The notes beneath the pieces are model-generated. The model ran no database searches and was not told the origin of the DNA. It saw only the letters and a list, made by a program, of their open reading frames with translations. From positions 1 to 49,694 of the forward strand of contig JADHWA010000002.1 of NCBI GenBank assembly GCA_016783715.1: a DNA stretch of 49,694 bases. The letters are read 5' to 3'. Shown here piece by piece: positions 8,796-17,978 of this stretch (positions within the stretch are counted from its first letter, which is position 1; every line of letters begins with the position of its first letter). The position numbers and the translations under genes were made by a program. The stretch comes from Candidatus Omnitrophota bacterium (GTDB lineage: Bacteria > Omnitrophota > Gorgyraeia > Gygaellales > Profunditerraquicolaceae).

Positions 8796-8834
8796 CGCTC
8801 CGGTATCGGATAACCACTATCCGATACCGGAGCG
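8796..8834. repeat. perfect 17-bp-stem palindromic hairpin (CCGGTATCGG family)
   Basis: CGCTCCGGTATCGGATA (8796-8812), loop ACCAC, TATCCGATACCGGAGCG (8818-8834). Confidence 0.7.
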
Positions 8835-8842
8835 TAAAAGGC

Positions 8843-9433
8843 TTAATTAATTTGCTTTTCGATCTGCTCAATCTTAAGTCTTATCTGCTTCTTGATCTGC
8901 ATGCAGCATGCCGGCTTTAATAATTTCAGCACCTTGCGGTAACAATCCAGGGCGCGGGGTAAATCGCCTAAATTAAAACAGGCATCGGCTAGATTATCGT
9001 AGGTAACCGCCCTGCCGGGCTCAAGGCCCAATGCTTTATTAAAACAGATTATCGCCTCGCTATGCCTGCCCAGATTATTCAGCAGCCATCCCTTGTTATG
9101 GTAGATAGTCGCATAATCAGGCTCCACCTCAATACCTTTATCAAAATACTCCAGGGCCTGATCAAGAATACCCAGCTCTACCATGGAAAGGGCGCGGTCA
9201 TTATATGAACCGCCGTCATGGGCATCAATTCTAATCGCCGCATCAAAATGCTCTATGGCCGAGACAAAATTCCTCTTAAGTAGCTGAATCTGCCCCTTAA
9301 AATACTCAACCTCTCCGGAAAGATTCTTTATTTTTGCTTCCTTTAAACCCTTCCCTGCCAGACCCAAGGCGTCCTTCTTAGTCCCGTATGTAATCGCTTG
9401 ATCCAACTTTGCTCGCATCTGCGCAAGGATCAT
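8843..9433 (-). CDS. tetratricopeptide repeat protein
   Basis: 196 aa with repeated 34-residue A/Y/G pattern (AIxxFDKAIxxDP-like units). Confidence 0.8.
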   Translation of the reverse strand: MILAQMRAKLDQAITYGTKKDALGLAGKGLKEAKIKNLSGEVEYFKGQIQLLKRNFVSAIEHFDAAIRIDAHDGGSYNDRALSMVELGILDQALEYFDKGIEVEPDYATIYHNKGWLLNNLGRHSEAIICFNKALGLEPGRAVTYDNLADACFNLGDLPRALDCYRKVLKLLKPACCMQIKKQIRLKIEQIEKQIN

Positions 9434-9453
9434 TAATTTAAGATTACTCCCGT

Positions 9454-10572
9454 CTAGAGGCCGACTATCTTAGTAAAAATACTTTTCTTTAGCGTGATTG
9501 CTGCAGCCGGACAGACCTCCTGACAGCAGAAACAGGCTATGCATCCTGAGTAGTCAAAGACGATACCCTTTTTTTGCATACTGATGACTTTGCTGGGACA
9601 GGCCTTGATACAGGCAGAGCATTTTATGCAGCGGATTCGATCAACACTCGGATAATATTTGATAAACCTCTTTAACAAATTTATGATCGGCTGAGGTATT
9701 CTTTTTCTAATCGAGGTCTGGGGTAGCAAGAAGTCTCCGCTAAAGACATCTTTTAGCTCTTCCCCTAAAATTTTAATCTCTGCGATATCGGTTACCCCCA
9801 ATCCGCGATCTCGGGCAATTCTATTAGTGGGGACATCCATAGGGCCGATCCCCATAAGCACAGCCAAGAGACTGTCTAAGGCAACACAATCACTGCCGGC
9901 CATTATAAAGTTTGTGCGGCGGGTCTTGCCGCTGGTCCCCGGCCCCTCCCCTTCCATAGACAGGATCCCGTCAATAATCGTCAGTCCTGGACGTGCGTCC
10001 TGATAGATATCGACCAAGACCTTGGCAAAATCATCTGTCTTATCGAACTTCTTATGAATTTCGGTTTTATAGGTACCCGAAACCAGCCCAAAGAGGTTTT
10101 TGACTGCTCCGGTTAGCAAGGTCAAGCCATGGGTTTTAAATTTCGGTACATTAACCAGGTGTTCGCAGTGGTCCAGCCAGCGTGTAAGCGGATAATTTTC
10201 CCTCCAGCGCCTCTTATCAAAATCTACCAGCTCTGCCCCCTCCTCTTCGGCTACAGCCAAAATTCCTGTCTGTTTATAAACATCCTGGACATTTTCTATA
10301 TGTCCACCCCAGACACTGGGGCCGTCTCCGACGAAAACCTGGCAGCCCTGCTCTTTTAGCAGCCTGATTACCGAGCGGACCACCTCCGGATGGGTAACTA
10401 CTCCGCTTGCAGGATCAACTGCCATAAGAAGATTCGGCTTGACTAATACACGGCTCTGGGGCCGGATAATTTTTTGCACTCCTCCCAGCGAATCTACGGC
10501 TTTCTTGACCGCAGAAAAAACCTTGTTACGGTCATAGCTATCACATTTTATAAGCGCGGCTTCTGTTTTCAT
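9454..10572 (-). CDS. DUF362 domain protein with C-terminal 2x[4Fe-4S] ferredoxin domain
   Basis: DUF362-type N-terminus (KCDSYD...). CIKCSACIKACP and CIACFCCQEVCP cluster motifs. Confidence 0.8.
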   Translation of the reverse strand: MKTEAALIKCDSYDRNKVFSAVKKAVDSLGGVQKIIRPQSRVLVKPNLLMAVDPASGVVTHPEVVRSVIRLLKEQGCQVFVGDGPSVWGGHIENVQDVYKQTGILAVAEEEGAELVDFDKRRWRENYPLTRWLDHCEHLVNVPKFKTHGLTLLTGAVKNLFGLVSGTYKTEIHKKFDKTDDFAKVLVDIYQDARPGLTIIDGILSMEGEGPGTSGKTRRTNFIMAGSDCVALDSLLAVLMGIGPMDVPTNRIARDRGLGVTDIAEIKILGEELKDVFSGDFLLPQTSIRKRIPQPIINLLKRFIKYYPSVDRIRCIKCSACIKACPSKVISMQKKGIVFDYSGCIACFCCQEVCPAAAITLKKSIFTKIVGL

Positions 10573-10642
10573 TTCAAAAAACTCCTAAAGACATTTTTTA
10601 TGATTACGCAGATTATAAAGCATAGATTACGAGGACTCTGGC

Positions 10643-11449
10643 TTAGTATTCTGGCAGTTTCCCAGAGTCCTCCAGAGAAAAAAACTCCTTTGCGCTATTG
10701 GTTGTAACTTGCTCTACTTCCTTTATGCTCTTGCCGGTGATTGCTGCGATCTGCTCAGCGACAAATCTTACATTCAGCGGCTCATTACGCTTACCCCTGG
10801 AACCCTCCGGGGACAGATAGGGAGCATCAGTCTCTAAAAAAATCCTCTCTAAGGGAGCCTCTTTTATAAGCTCTCTTAAATTTTGCGCTTTTTTGTAGGT
10901 GATGTTGCAGGTAAAAGAGATAAAAAAGCCTAAATCCAGGCACTGCTTCAGGAAATCCATATCCCCGGAGAAGCAATGCAGTACGACCTTGGCGGGCAAT
11001 TTCTCCTTAAGAATATCCAGGGTTTCTTCCTTGGCCTGGCGGCTATGCACAACAATCGGCAGATCAAAATCCAAGGCCACTCTAAGCAGCCTCTTGAAGA
11101 GATCCTGCTGATTGCAATGTTGGGAGTAGTTTTTATAGTAATCAAGGCCGATCTCCCCGATTGCTACAACCCTCTCTTCTTTAGCAAGTTCTCTAATCTT
11201 GGCTTCATCCTCGGAGGTAAATTTGTCGGCATCATGAGGATGGATACCAGCTGCCGCGTAAATAAAATCATAACTTTTGGCTAGTTCCAGTGATTTTCTA
11301 GAGCTCTCCAGGGATGAACCGACATTTATAATATACGATACGCCGTTTTCGTTTGCGCGCCTGATTACTGCTTCTCGGTCAGGATCAAATTGCGGAAAAT
11401 CTAAATGACAGTGAGTATCGATCAAGCCTGGATGTGATGCCGAATACAT
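10643..11449 (-). CDS. tatD: TatD family metal-dependent hydrolase/DNase
   Basis: IDTHCHLDF and GEIGLDY motifs, and ETDAPYL near the C-terminus. Confidence 0.9.
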   Translation of the reverse strand: MYSASHPGLIDTHCHLDFPQFDPDREAVIRRANENGVSYIINVGSSLESSRKSLELAKSYDFIYAAAGIHPHDADKFTSEDEAKIRELAKEERVVAIGEIGLDYYKNYSQHCNQQDLFKRLLRVALDFDLPIVVHSRQAKEETLDILKEKLPAKVVLHCFSGDMDFLKQCLDLGFFISFTCNITYKKAQNLRELIKEAPLERIFLETDAPYLSPEGSRGKRNEPLNVRFVAEQIAAITGKSIKEVEQVTTNSAKEFFSLEDSGKLPEY

Positions 11450-11459
11450 AATCTAGATT

Positions 11460-13019
11460 TTAGGGCTTCTGAGCTTTCTCTATTCTGGGAAACAGAGGTT
11501 TGGTTTTTTTAATTTTCTCTTTGCCTAATTGCTGCTTTATTAACTCGGCGGTCTGCGGCATAAAAGGGGAAATCTCTCCTGCTACTGCTTTAAGAACCTC
11601 CACCAGCAAGCGGATGAAGCCGGCCAGCTCCTTATCTTTCTTTTCTTTAGCCAGATTCCACGGTTTTGTCTCTTCTACATACCTGTTAGCAAGATTAATC
11701 AGCTTCCAAATATCCTCTAGCGCTGCAGAAAAATTAAAACTGTAGCTAGCGGCAGGATCAGGCCCTCCCAGAGCCTTTCTTCTCGGGCCTAACTTACTCT
11801 TAATCTCCTCGCCCGATTGATCAAATTTTGTCTTATTGATATCAAGCTGCGGGACATCCCCCTGGTAATACTTCTCAACCATTGTCAGTGTACGGTAAAC
11901 CAGGTTGCCCAGGTCATTAGCCAGATCACTATTAAATCGCTTGATCAGTGATTCCTCTGAGAAATTCCCGTCCTGACCAAAAGGCATATCGCGTAATAAG
12001 AAGTATCTATAGGTATCCACTCCAAACCTCTCAGTTACATCCTGTGGATCCACTACATTGCCGCGGGATTTCGACATCTTTGCTTTATTAGTCATCCACC
12101 AGCCGTGGGCAAATACCACGTCCGGTATCTTTATCCCTTTTACCCCTGCGGTCTCCAGAGCCATTAGCATGATCGGCCAATACACCGCATGCTGCCTCAG
12201 GATATCCTTGCCGATCAGATGCACTACCTGCGTCTGGGGCTGCCACCATGGTGATTTGTACTGCTTATCTTTGCTAAATGTCCCGACCGCGCTTAGATAG
12301 TTCACCAGAGCATCAAACCAGACATAGACCACATGCTCCCCGCTAAAGGGAATCGGTATCCCCCAGCTCATCCGCTCCTTGGGCCGTGAAATACAGAGAT
12401 CTTCCAGCTTATTCAAGGTCAGGAAACTGACTATCTCATTGCGCCTGAAATCCGGAAGGATAAATTCAGGGTGTTTCTCAATGTAGGAGATCAGCTGGTC
12501 CTGATACTTGGAGAGCTTAAAGAAGTAGTTCTTCTCACTAATCTTTACTATGGGGCGCTTACAATCCGGGCAGACTTTCTGATCTTCTAGCTGACTCTCC
12601 GGCCAGAAAGCCTCGCAGGGGATACAATACCACCCCTGGTATTTACCCTCATAGATATCCCCGGATTCATAAAGTATCTCTAAGATCTCCCCGACAACCT
12701 TTATATGCCTGGCTTCGGTGGTACGAATAAAATCATTATTAGAGAGATTGAGAGTTTTAGAGAGCGCCACAAAATCTGAAGCTGCCTCATCTACGAACTC
12801 CTGAGGACTTAAGCCTTTCTTCTCTGCGGCCTTCTGGACCTTTTGTCCGTGCTCATCAGTCCCGGTTAAAAAATATACAGATTTCTCCCCCAGCACACCC
12901 CGATAATAACGTGCCAGGGTATCAGCTGCGATACTGGTATAAGAATGACCGATATGCGGGGCAGCATTCACGTAATAAATAGGGGTGGTAACGTAAAACT
13001 TATTTACCTGGTTTTTCAT
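11460..13019 (-). CDS. metG: methionine--tRNA ligase
   Basis: HIGH motif (PHIGHSYT), KMSKS motif, and a Zn knuckle CIPCEAF...CPDC. ATG 13019 is preferred over TTG 13046 because it lies 2 nt after the ricT stop. Confidence 0.9.
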   Translation of the reverse strand: MKNQVNKFYVTTPIYYVNAAPHIGHSYTSIAADTLARYYRGVLGEKSVYFLTGTDEHGQKVQKAAEKKGLSPQEFVDEAASDFVALSKTLNLSNNDFIRTTEARHIKVVGEILEILYESGDIYEGKYQGWYCIPCEAFWPESQLEDQKVCPDCKRPIVKISEKNYFFKLSKYQDQLISYIEKHPEFILPDFRRNEIVSFLTLNKLEDLCISRPKERMSWGIPIPFSGEHVVYVWFDALVNYLSAVGTFSKDKQYKSPWWQPQTQVVHLIGKDILRQHAVYWPIMLMALETAGVKGIKIPDVVFAHGWWMTNKAKMSKSRGNVVDPQDVTERFGVDTYRYFLLRDMPFGQDGNFSEESLIKRFNSDLANDLGNLVYRTLTMVEKYYQGDVPQLDINKTKFDQSGEEIKSKLGPRRKALGGPDPAASYSFNFSAALEDIWKLINLANRYVEETKPWNLAKEKKDKELAGFIRLLVEVLKAVAGEISPFMPQTAELIKQQLGKEKIKKTKPLFPRIEKAQKP

Positions 13020-13021
13020 GT

Positions 13022-13834
13022 TTAGGGCAATCCTTTTTGAGGACAATCCTTCTCTTTATAGCTAACTTCTATCTGGCCGCCTTCTTCCATACCAACCGTC
13101 GCAGTACGTTTAAATACATTGACTTCGATAACTTTACCCTTGCCCCCGGGGAGATTCAGCTTATCCCCGACTCTCGGCAGCCCCTTAGATAAGGATTTGT
13201 ATGTCTGATATTCAAAATTCAGGCAACACATCAGCCTACCGCACAAGCCCGATATCTTCGGTGGATTTAGAGGTAACCCCTCTTCCTTTGCCATCTTTAT
13301 CGTAACCGGCTCGAAGTCCTTTAAAAACTTGGCACAACAAAGCTCCCTTCCGCATGGGCCGAATCCTCCGAAAAGCCTGGCTTCATCCCTGACGCCGATC
13401 TGCCGCAGCTCAATCCTGGCCCGGAAGATTTTTGCCAGCGCCTTAACCAAATCCCTGAAATCCACTCTTCCACTAGCGGTAAAATAAAAGATAATTTTTG
13501 TGCGATCGAAGGAATACTCGGTCTGAACCAGCTTCATATCCAATTTGTGCTCTTCGATCTTCTTAAAGCAGGTACCGAAGGCATCCTTGGCCCTGCTGCG
13601 GTTATCATCGATCTGTTTTATGTCTCCGGGCGTTACCAGTCGGACAATCTTCTTAATCGTGTCCTTGGAGGAACGGTTCATCGCCGCCTCGTCCGGTGAG
13701 ACGATCTGGCCATAATCCAGACCGCGATCATGCTCTACGATCACGCAATCACCATCCTTCATCTGGTCATCTACGGCATTATAAATGTATGTGGAACCAA
13801 AATCCCTTAATCTGACCATGATCTTCTTAGCCAT
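13022..13834 (-). CDS. ricT: PSP1 domain protein / RicT (YaaT) homolog
   Basis: PSP1 C-terminal domain with Cys-rich CGRELCC...CGRLMCC. It sits in the tmk-holB-yaaT arrangement. Confidence 0.85.
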   Translation of the reverse strand: MAKKIMVRLRDFGSTYIYNAVDDQMKDGDCVIVEHDRGLDYGQIVSPDEAAMNRSSKDTIKKIVRLVTPGDIKQIDDNRSRAKDAFGTCFKKIEEHKLDMKLVQTEYSFDRTKIIFYFTASGRVDFRDLVKALAKIFRARIELRQIGVRDEARLFGGFGPCGRELCCAKFLKDFEPVTIKMAKEEGLPLNPPKISGLCGRLMCCLNFEYQTYKSLSKGLPRVGDKLNLPGGKGKVIEVNVFKRTATVGMEEGGQIEVSYKEKDCPQKGLP

Positions 13835-13840
13835 CTATAA

Positions 13841-14815
13841 TTACCCCCTGATAAAACCTCTAAGGCAAGACAAAAGTAACTTAGAGTTAACGTTCTGTTC
13901 TAAATATAGTGAAGAATTCGAAACCTGTCTCAAAGCTTCATCTAAATCGCTGAATCTATAGCGCCTGATCGCCTCCGAGAGTCGCTCTTTTTGATCCAGA
14001 TTGATTAACCCCTGATTACCGGCAGCTCCTGATTTAAGAAGATAGAGGTCACGCAGCCAGCCGGCCAGAAGGCTAAAACTCAACCGGATAGTGTCCTTAT
14101 CCTCCAGATAGTCAGGCAGCGGCTTATCGCCTGATCTAAAACTGTCTATAATCGTATTCTTCTGGCGAAAGAGCCCGTCATCTCTATGCTTCAAGGCGCT
14201 CCCTAGCCTGCCCTCACAGAAAAAAGCGAGAAAATGCGCTTCTTGAGTATTCAGGCCGTAGTCTTTCTTTAGAATAATTTCCAATTCTGCCGGAGGCAAT
14301 GCAGAGAACCTCAAAATCTGACAGCGTGAGATAATCGTCTTAAATAGTAATGCCGGTTTTGAGCTTATGATCATGAAAACTGTATCTGGCGGCGGCTCCT
14401 CCAGGACCTTTAGCAGCGCGTTTGAGCTCTCCGCGGTGAGATTATGCGCATTCTCTATGATTACAGCTTTAAATTTTGCCTCGTAGGCTTTTAAACTGAT
14501 TCGGTTCTGCAGTTGACGAATCTGCTCAATCTTAATTGCCGGAGTATCGCCATTATTTTTGTCGTCGGAGGCCCCAAGGATAAAAAAATCCGGATGTTGG
14601 TTTCTTTCTATCTTCAGGCAGGAGGGGCATCGTCCGCAGGGTCGGGAAGTTTCCTCGGTGCAGTTAAGCGCTCCAGCCAACGCCCTGGCAACCAACCCCT
14701 TTCCTATGCCTTCAGGCCCCAGGAAAAGAAAGGCCGAAGGTATTCGCTGTGATTGCATGTATTTTTTCAGTATAGCAATCAGCCGATCATGTCCTCTAAT
14801 ATCCTTAAATGACAT
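13841..14815 (-). CDS. holB: DNA polymerase III subunit delta prime
   Basis: AAA+ clamp-loader fold. Degenerate P-loop GPEGIGK, Zn module CGRCPSC, and SRCQ motif. Confidence 0.85.
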   Translation of the reverse strand: MSFKDIRGHDRLIAILKKYMQSQRIPSAFLFLGPEGIGKGLVARALAGALNCTEETSRPCGRCPSCLKIERNQHPDFFILGASDDKNNGDTPAIKIEQIRQLQNRISLKAYEAKFKAVIIENAHNLTAESSNALLKVLEEPPPDTVFMIISSKPALLFKTIISRCQILRFSALPPAELEIILKKDYGLNTQEAHFLAFFCEGRLGSALKHRDDGLFRQKNTIIDSFRSGDKPLPDYLEDKDTIRLSFSLLAGWLRDLYLLKSGAAGNQGLINLDQKERLSEAIRRYRFSDLDEALRQVSNSSLYLEQNVNSKLLLSCLRGFIRG

Positions 14816-15419
14816 ATTTGTCTATTACCTCGCGAATCTTCTCCTGCGTAAGGCTCTTATCCTTTTGAACCCGGACAACCTTAATCCTCTTTGGCTCTTT
14901 TTTTGCCAATTTTAGATAACCATTCCTTACCCGCTGATGAAAAGAAATCGAGCGGTTCTCAATTCGATCCTTGCCTGACTCACGATGCCGCAGGCCTTTT
15001 TTTACCGCAAGGTCAAGAAATATAGTCAGATTCGGTTTTATCCCACAGGTAACAGACTCCCCGACTGTCTTAATCAGATTAATATCCATCCCCAGGCCAT
15101 ACCCCTGATAGGCAATCGTTGAATCAAGAAAACGGTCTGAGATTACAATCTTCCCCGCAAGGAGTGCCGGCTCAATCATTTCTTTTACAATCTGGGCGCG
15201 GCTGGCCATATAAAGAAGCATCTCAGTCACCGGAGACATATGAGCGTTTTTCGGATCAAGTAATATTTTTCTAATCTGCTCGCAAATCTTCGTGCCTCCG
15301 GGCTCGCGGACAAAAAGCACTCTTGACCCTTTTCTCTTTAAATACTGCGCAAGCATCTTTGACTGCGTACTCTTACCGCAGCCTTCGGAACCTTCGAATG
15401 TTATAAATTTTCCTTTCAC
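14805..15419 (-). CDS. tmk: dTMP kinase
   Basis: ITFEGSEGCGKSTQ P-loop and DRF lid motif. GTG start with a GGGGAG SD 6 nt upstream. Confidence 0.9.
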   Translation of the reverse strand: MKGKFITFEGSEGCGKSTQSKMLAQYLKRKGSRVLFVREPGGTKICEQIRKILLDPKNAHMSPVTEMLLYMASRAQIVKEMIEPALLAGKIVISDRFLDSTIAYQGYGLGMDINLIKTVGESVTCGIKPNLTIFLDLAVKKGLRHRESGKDRIENRSISFHQRVRNGYLKLAKKEPKRIKVVRVQKDKSLTQEKIREVIDKYVI

Positions 15420-15649
15420 GCTAATCTCCCCTAGAATTTAACGGGTCCTGTCTCGGGTATTTCCTTGCAGCACCGCTCGCAATTCCCCAGCGAGGAATTG
15501 CTTCGCTTCAGCAAAAATGCTCACTCTGCCAGACTTATCTTATAACTGGGCAACCATGCCCGTTCACATTTTTGAGATGCTGCTCGAAAACACCCAAGCC
15601 ACCCGCTAAATTCACAATTATAGTTTTCTTCTCCAGGTTTTCTTTACGC

Positions 15650-17056
15650 TCAATCCTCTACCTTTGTAAAACTTATTCCTGAAGATGTGTTACTAGCGTT
15701 GACCCGAAGTTTTTCTTTAATCATCATTCTGATCCTGTCCGACTTCTGATAGTCTTTTTCCCTTCTAGCGGTCTCCATATCCAAAGCCATCTCTTTCATC
15801 TTTTTATCGACTCTGACCGGGCCTTTGACTGATAAGCCAAAGAGGCCGAATAATTCTTTCGCCTTCGCTCTGGCATAATCATATGCCTGCTTATTCTCAC
15901 AAATATCCAAGCCAGCAGCATAATCGATGAGTTCAAAGATAGCCGCCAATGCCACAGGCATATTAAAATCATCATCCATTGCATTTTCAAATTTTATAAC
16001 TGCTGCATCAATGATTTTTTTGTCCTTCTCTGATAGAGGTTCTTCTTTAAAGCCCTCCTTAGTCGCCAACCCTACTTTATCAAAAAAGTGATTAAATGTT
16101 TCTTTCTGCTTCTTGCATTCTGTAATTTTTTCTTCATTAAAATCAATCGGATGGGCATAATGCGCAGAGAGAAAAAACAGCTTTAAGAAATCTGCATCTT
16201 TATATTTCTCCATAAAGTCCTTTATGGTCACAAAATTTCCCAGCGACTTGGACATCTTCTGTCCGTTAATCGTTAAGAGGCCATGATGTATCCAGTATTT
16301 GGCAAAGGGCTTACCGGTAAAACTTTCCGCTTGAGCGATCTCATTCTCATGATGAGGAAAGATCAGATCCCTTCCACCGGCGTGTATATCAATGGTCTCA
16401 GCCTCCAGGAACTTCTGGCTCATTACAGAACACTCTATATGCCAGCCCGGGCGACCCTGACCCCATGGACTCTTCCATGAGGGTTCATTCTCTTTGGATC
16501 TCTTCCAGAGAGCGAAATCCAGCGGATCCTTTTTGCTTTCGCTCGGCTCAATCCTGGCCCCCGATTCCATCTGTTCTATATTCTGTCCGGACAACTTGCC
16601 ATACCGGCTAAACAACTTTACATCAAAATAAACATCTCCGCCGGCCTCATAGGCATACCCCTTATCAATCAACCCTGAGATATACTTTATCATCTCCTTG
16701 ATATTCTCTGTAGCCCGGGGCTCAGAATCGCCTCTGGCGATACCCAATGCCTTTAAATCCTGATGATAAGAATCTATGTATTTGGCTACCAATTCCTTCC
16801 AGTCGGTTTTCAGCTCATTGGCGCGTTTTATGATTTTATCATCGATATCGGTGATATTGCGCACGAATTTCACATCGTACTTCCTATATTTCAGGTAGCG
16901 CCTGATTACATCAAAGATATAAAGGCTCCTGGCATGACCTATATGGCTCCTGTCGTATACCGTTACTCCACAGGTATAGATCTTAACCTTTGGCGGCTGC
17001 TCTGGCTCTAAAACTTCTTTCTTGCGGGTTAAGGAATTATATAACTGGATAGGCAT
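15650..17056 (-). CDS. cysS: cysteine--tRNA ligase
   Basis: HIGHARS and KMSKSLGN motifs, and WHIEC zinc site. Confidence 0.95.
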   Translation of the reverse strand: MPIQLYNSLTRKKEVLEPEQPPKVKIYTCGVTVYDRSHIGHARSLYIFDVIRRYLKYRKYDVKFVRNITDIDDKIIKRANELKTDWKELVAKYIDSYHQDLKALGIARGDSEPRATENIKEMIKYISGLIDKGYAYEAGGDVYFDVKLFSRYGKLSGQNIEQMESGARIEPSESKKDPLDFALWKRSKENEPSWKSPWGQGRPGWHIECSVMSQKFLEAETIDIHAGGRDLIFPHHENEIAQAESFTGKPFAKYWIHHGLLTINGQKMSKSLGNFVTIKDFMEKYKDADFLKLFFLSAHYAHPIDFNEEKITECKKQKETFNHFFDKVGLATKEGFKEEPLSEKDKKIIDAAVIKFENAMDDDFNMPVALAAIFELIDYAAGLDICENKQAYDYARAKAKELFGLFGLSVKGPVRVDKKMKEMALDMETARREKDYQKSDRIRMMIKEKLRVNASNTSSGISFTKVED

Positions 17057-17087
17057 TAGGAGAATCTATGTGTGGTGATCTATAGTT

Positions 17088-17774
17088 TTATTTCTCTAAC
17101 TTATCAATCCTCTGCCGCAACTCCTGGAGATGCTCCATAATCGGATCCAGTATATGGATATGGTCCAGATTTACGTCCATCTTCTTGCCATCCTGTTTGG
17201 TGATCCTCCCCGGGACACCTACCACTGTGGAATTCGCAGGGACATCCTTGATTACCACCGCATTTGCTCCGATATAGGAGTTGTCTCCGATGGTGATATT
17301 GCCTAAAATTTTGGCACCGGCTCCGATTACGACATTGTTGCCGATCGTCGGGTGGCGCTTCCCCTTCTCTATCCCGGTACCTCCCAGGGTCACCCCCTGA
17401 TACAAAAGCACGTTATCGCCGATGATCGAGGTCTCTCCTATAACCACCCCCATCCCGTGATCGATAAAGAACCCTTTTCCGATTTTGGCCCCGGGATGGA
17501 TCTCGATACCGGTGAAGAATCGCCCCAGCTGGCTTAAGAGGCGGGCAGAAAATAACAGCCGCATCTTAAGCAGAATATGGGCGATCCGGTAAAATATCAA
17601 TGCGTGCAGCCCCTGATAGAGAAAGAGCACCTCGAAGAAACTCTTGGCCGCAGGGTCCCTCTTTTGCGCTGTCCTTATCTCGCCAAAGAAAATTACAGAA
17701 AGTAGAATTGTCTTCAATACAAACAAGCCCAGAATTATAAGCAGAATCCACGTAATCATCATGCATAAAATCAT
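17088..17774 (-). CDS. cysE: serine O-acetyltransferase with hydrophobic N-terminal segment
   Basis: Left-handed beta-helix hexapeptide repeats, [12 protein letters not shown], and a KRDPAAKS N-cap. ATG 17774 is chosen because GGGAGA lies 8 nt upstream. The track ORF starts at 17813. Confidence 0.8.
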   Translation of the reverse strand: MILCMMITWILLIILGLFVLKTILLSVIFFGEIRTAQKRDPAAKSFFEVLFLYQGLHALIFYRIAHILLKMRLLFSARLLSQLGRFFTGIEIHPGAKIGKGFFIDHGMGVVIGETSIIGDNVLLYQGVTLGGTGIEKGKRHPTIGNNVVIGAGAKILGNITIGDNSYIGANAVVIKDVPANSTVVGVPGRITKQDGKKMDVNLDHIHILDPIMEHLQELRQRIDKLEK

Positions 17775-17978
17775 CTTTACTTCTCCCTGATGTAACCCCT
17801 GGATGAAAATCATGGGTTACATCTGATTACTGAGATTATCTCAGATTACAAAGATTATATGCGTCGAGCCTCTTATCAAGTTTTATCTTTAGAAAATTAA
17901 TCGCTGTAATCTTTTTTTCCCGCGAAGCGGGATCCCGCTATATGTTTTCTTTGATTTGGTGCGGGAAAATCAGTGTAA

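Noticed and set aside
15420-15649. SRP RNA, 6S RNA or RNase P RNA in the cysS-tmk spacer
   Set aside because: I could find no SRP domain IV motif (GGAAGCAGCC), no RNase P GAGGAAAGUCC, and no convincing long interrupted helix for 6S. It stays as an unexplained spacer in the findings.
17057-17087. T-box leaders upstream of cysS, metG and lysS
   Set aside because: The gaps are 31 bp (cysS) and 2 bp (metG), too short for a T-box. The lysS leader lacks a specifier loop and T-box sequence.
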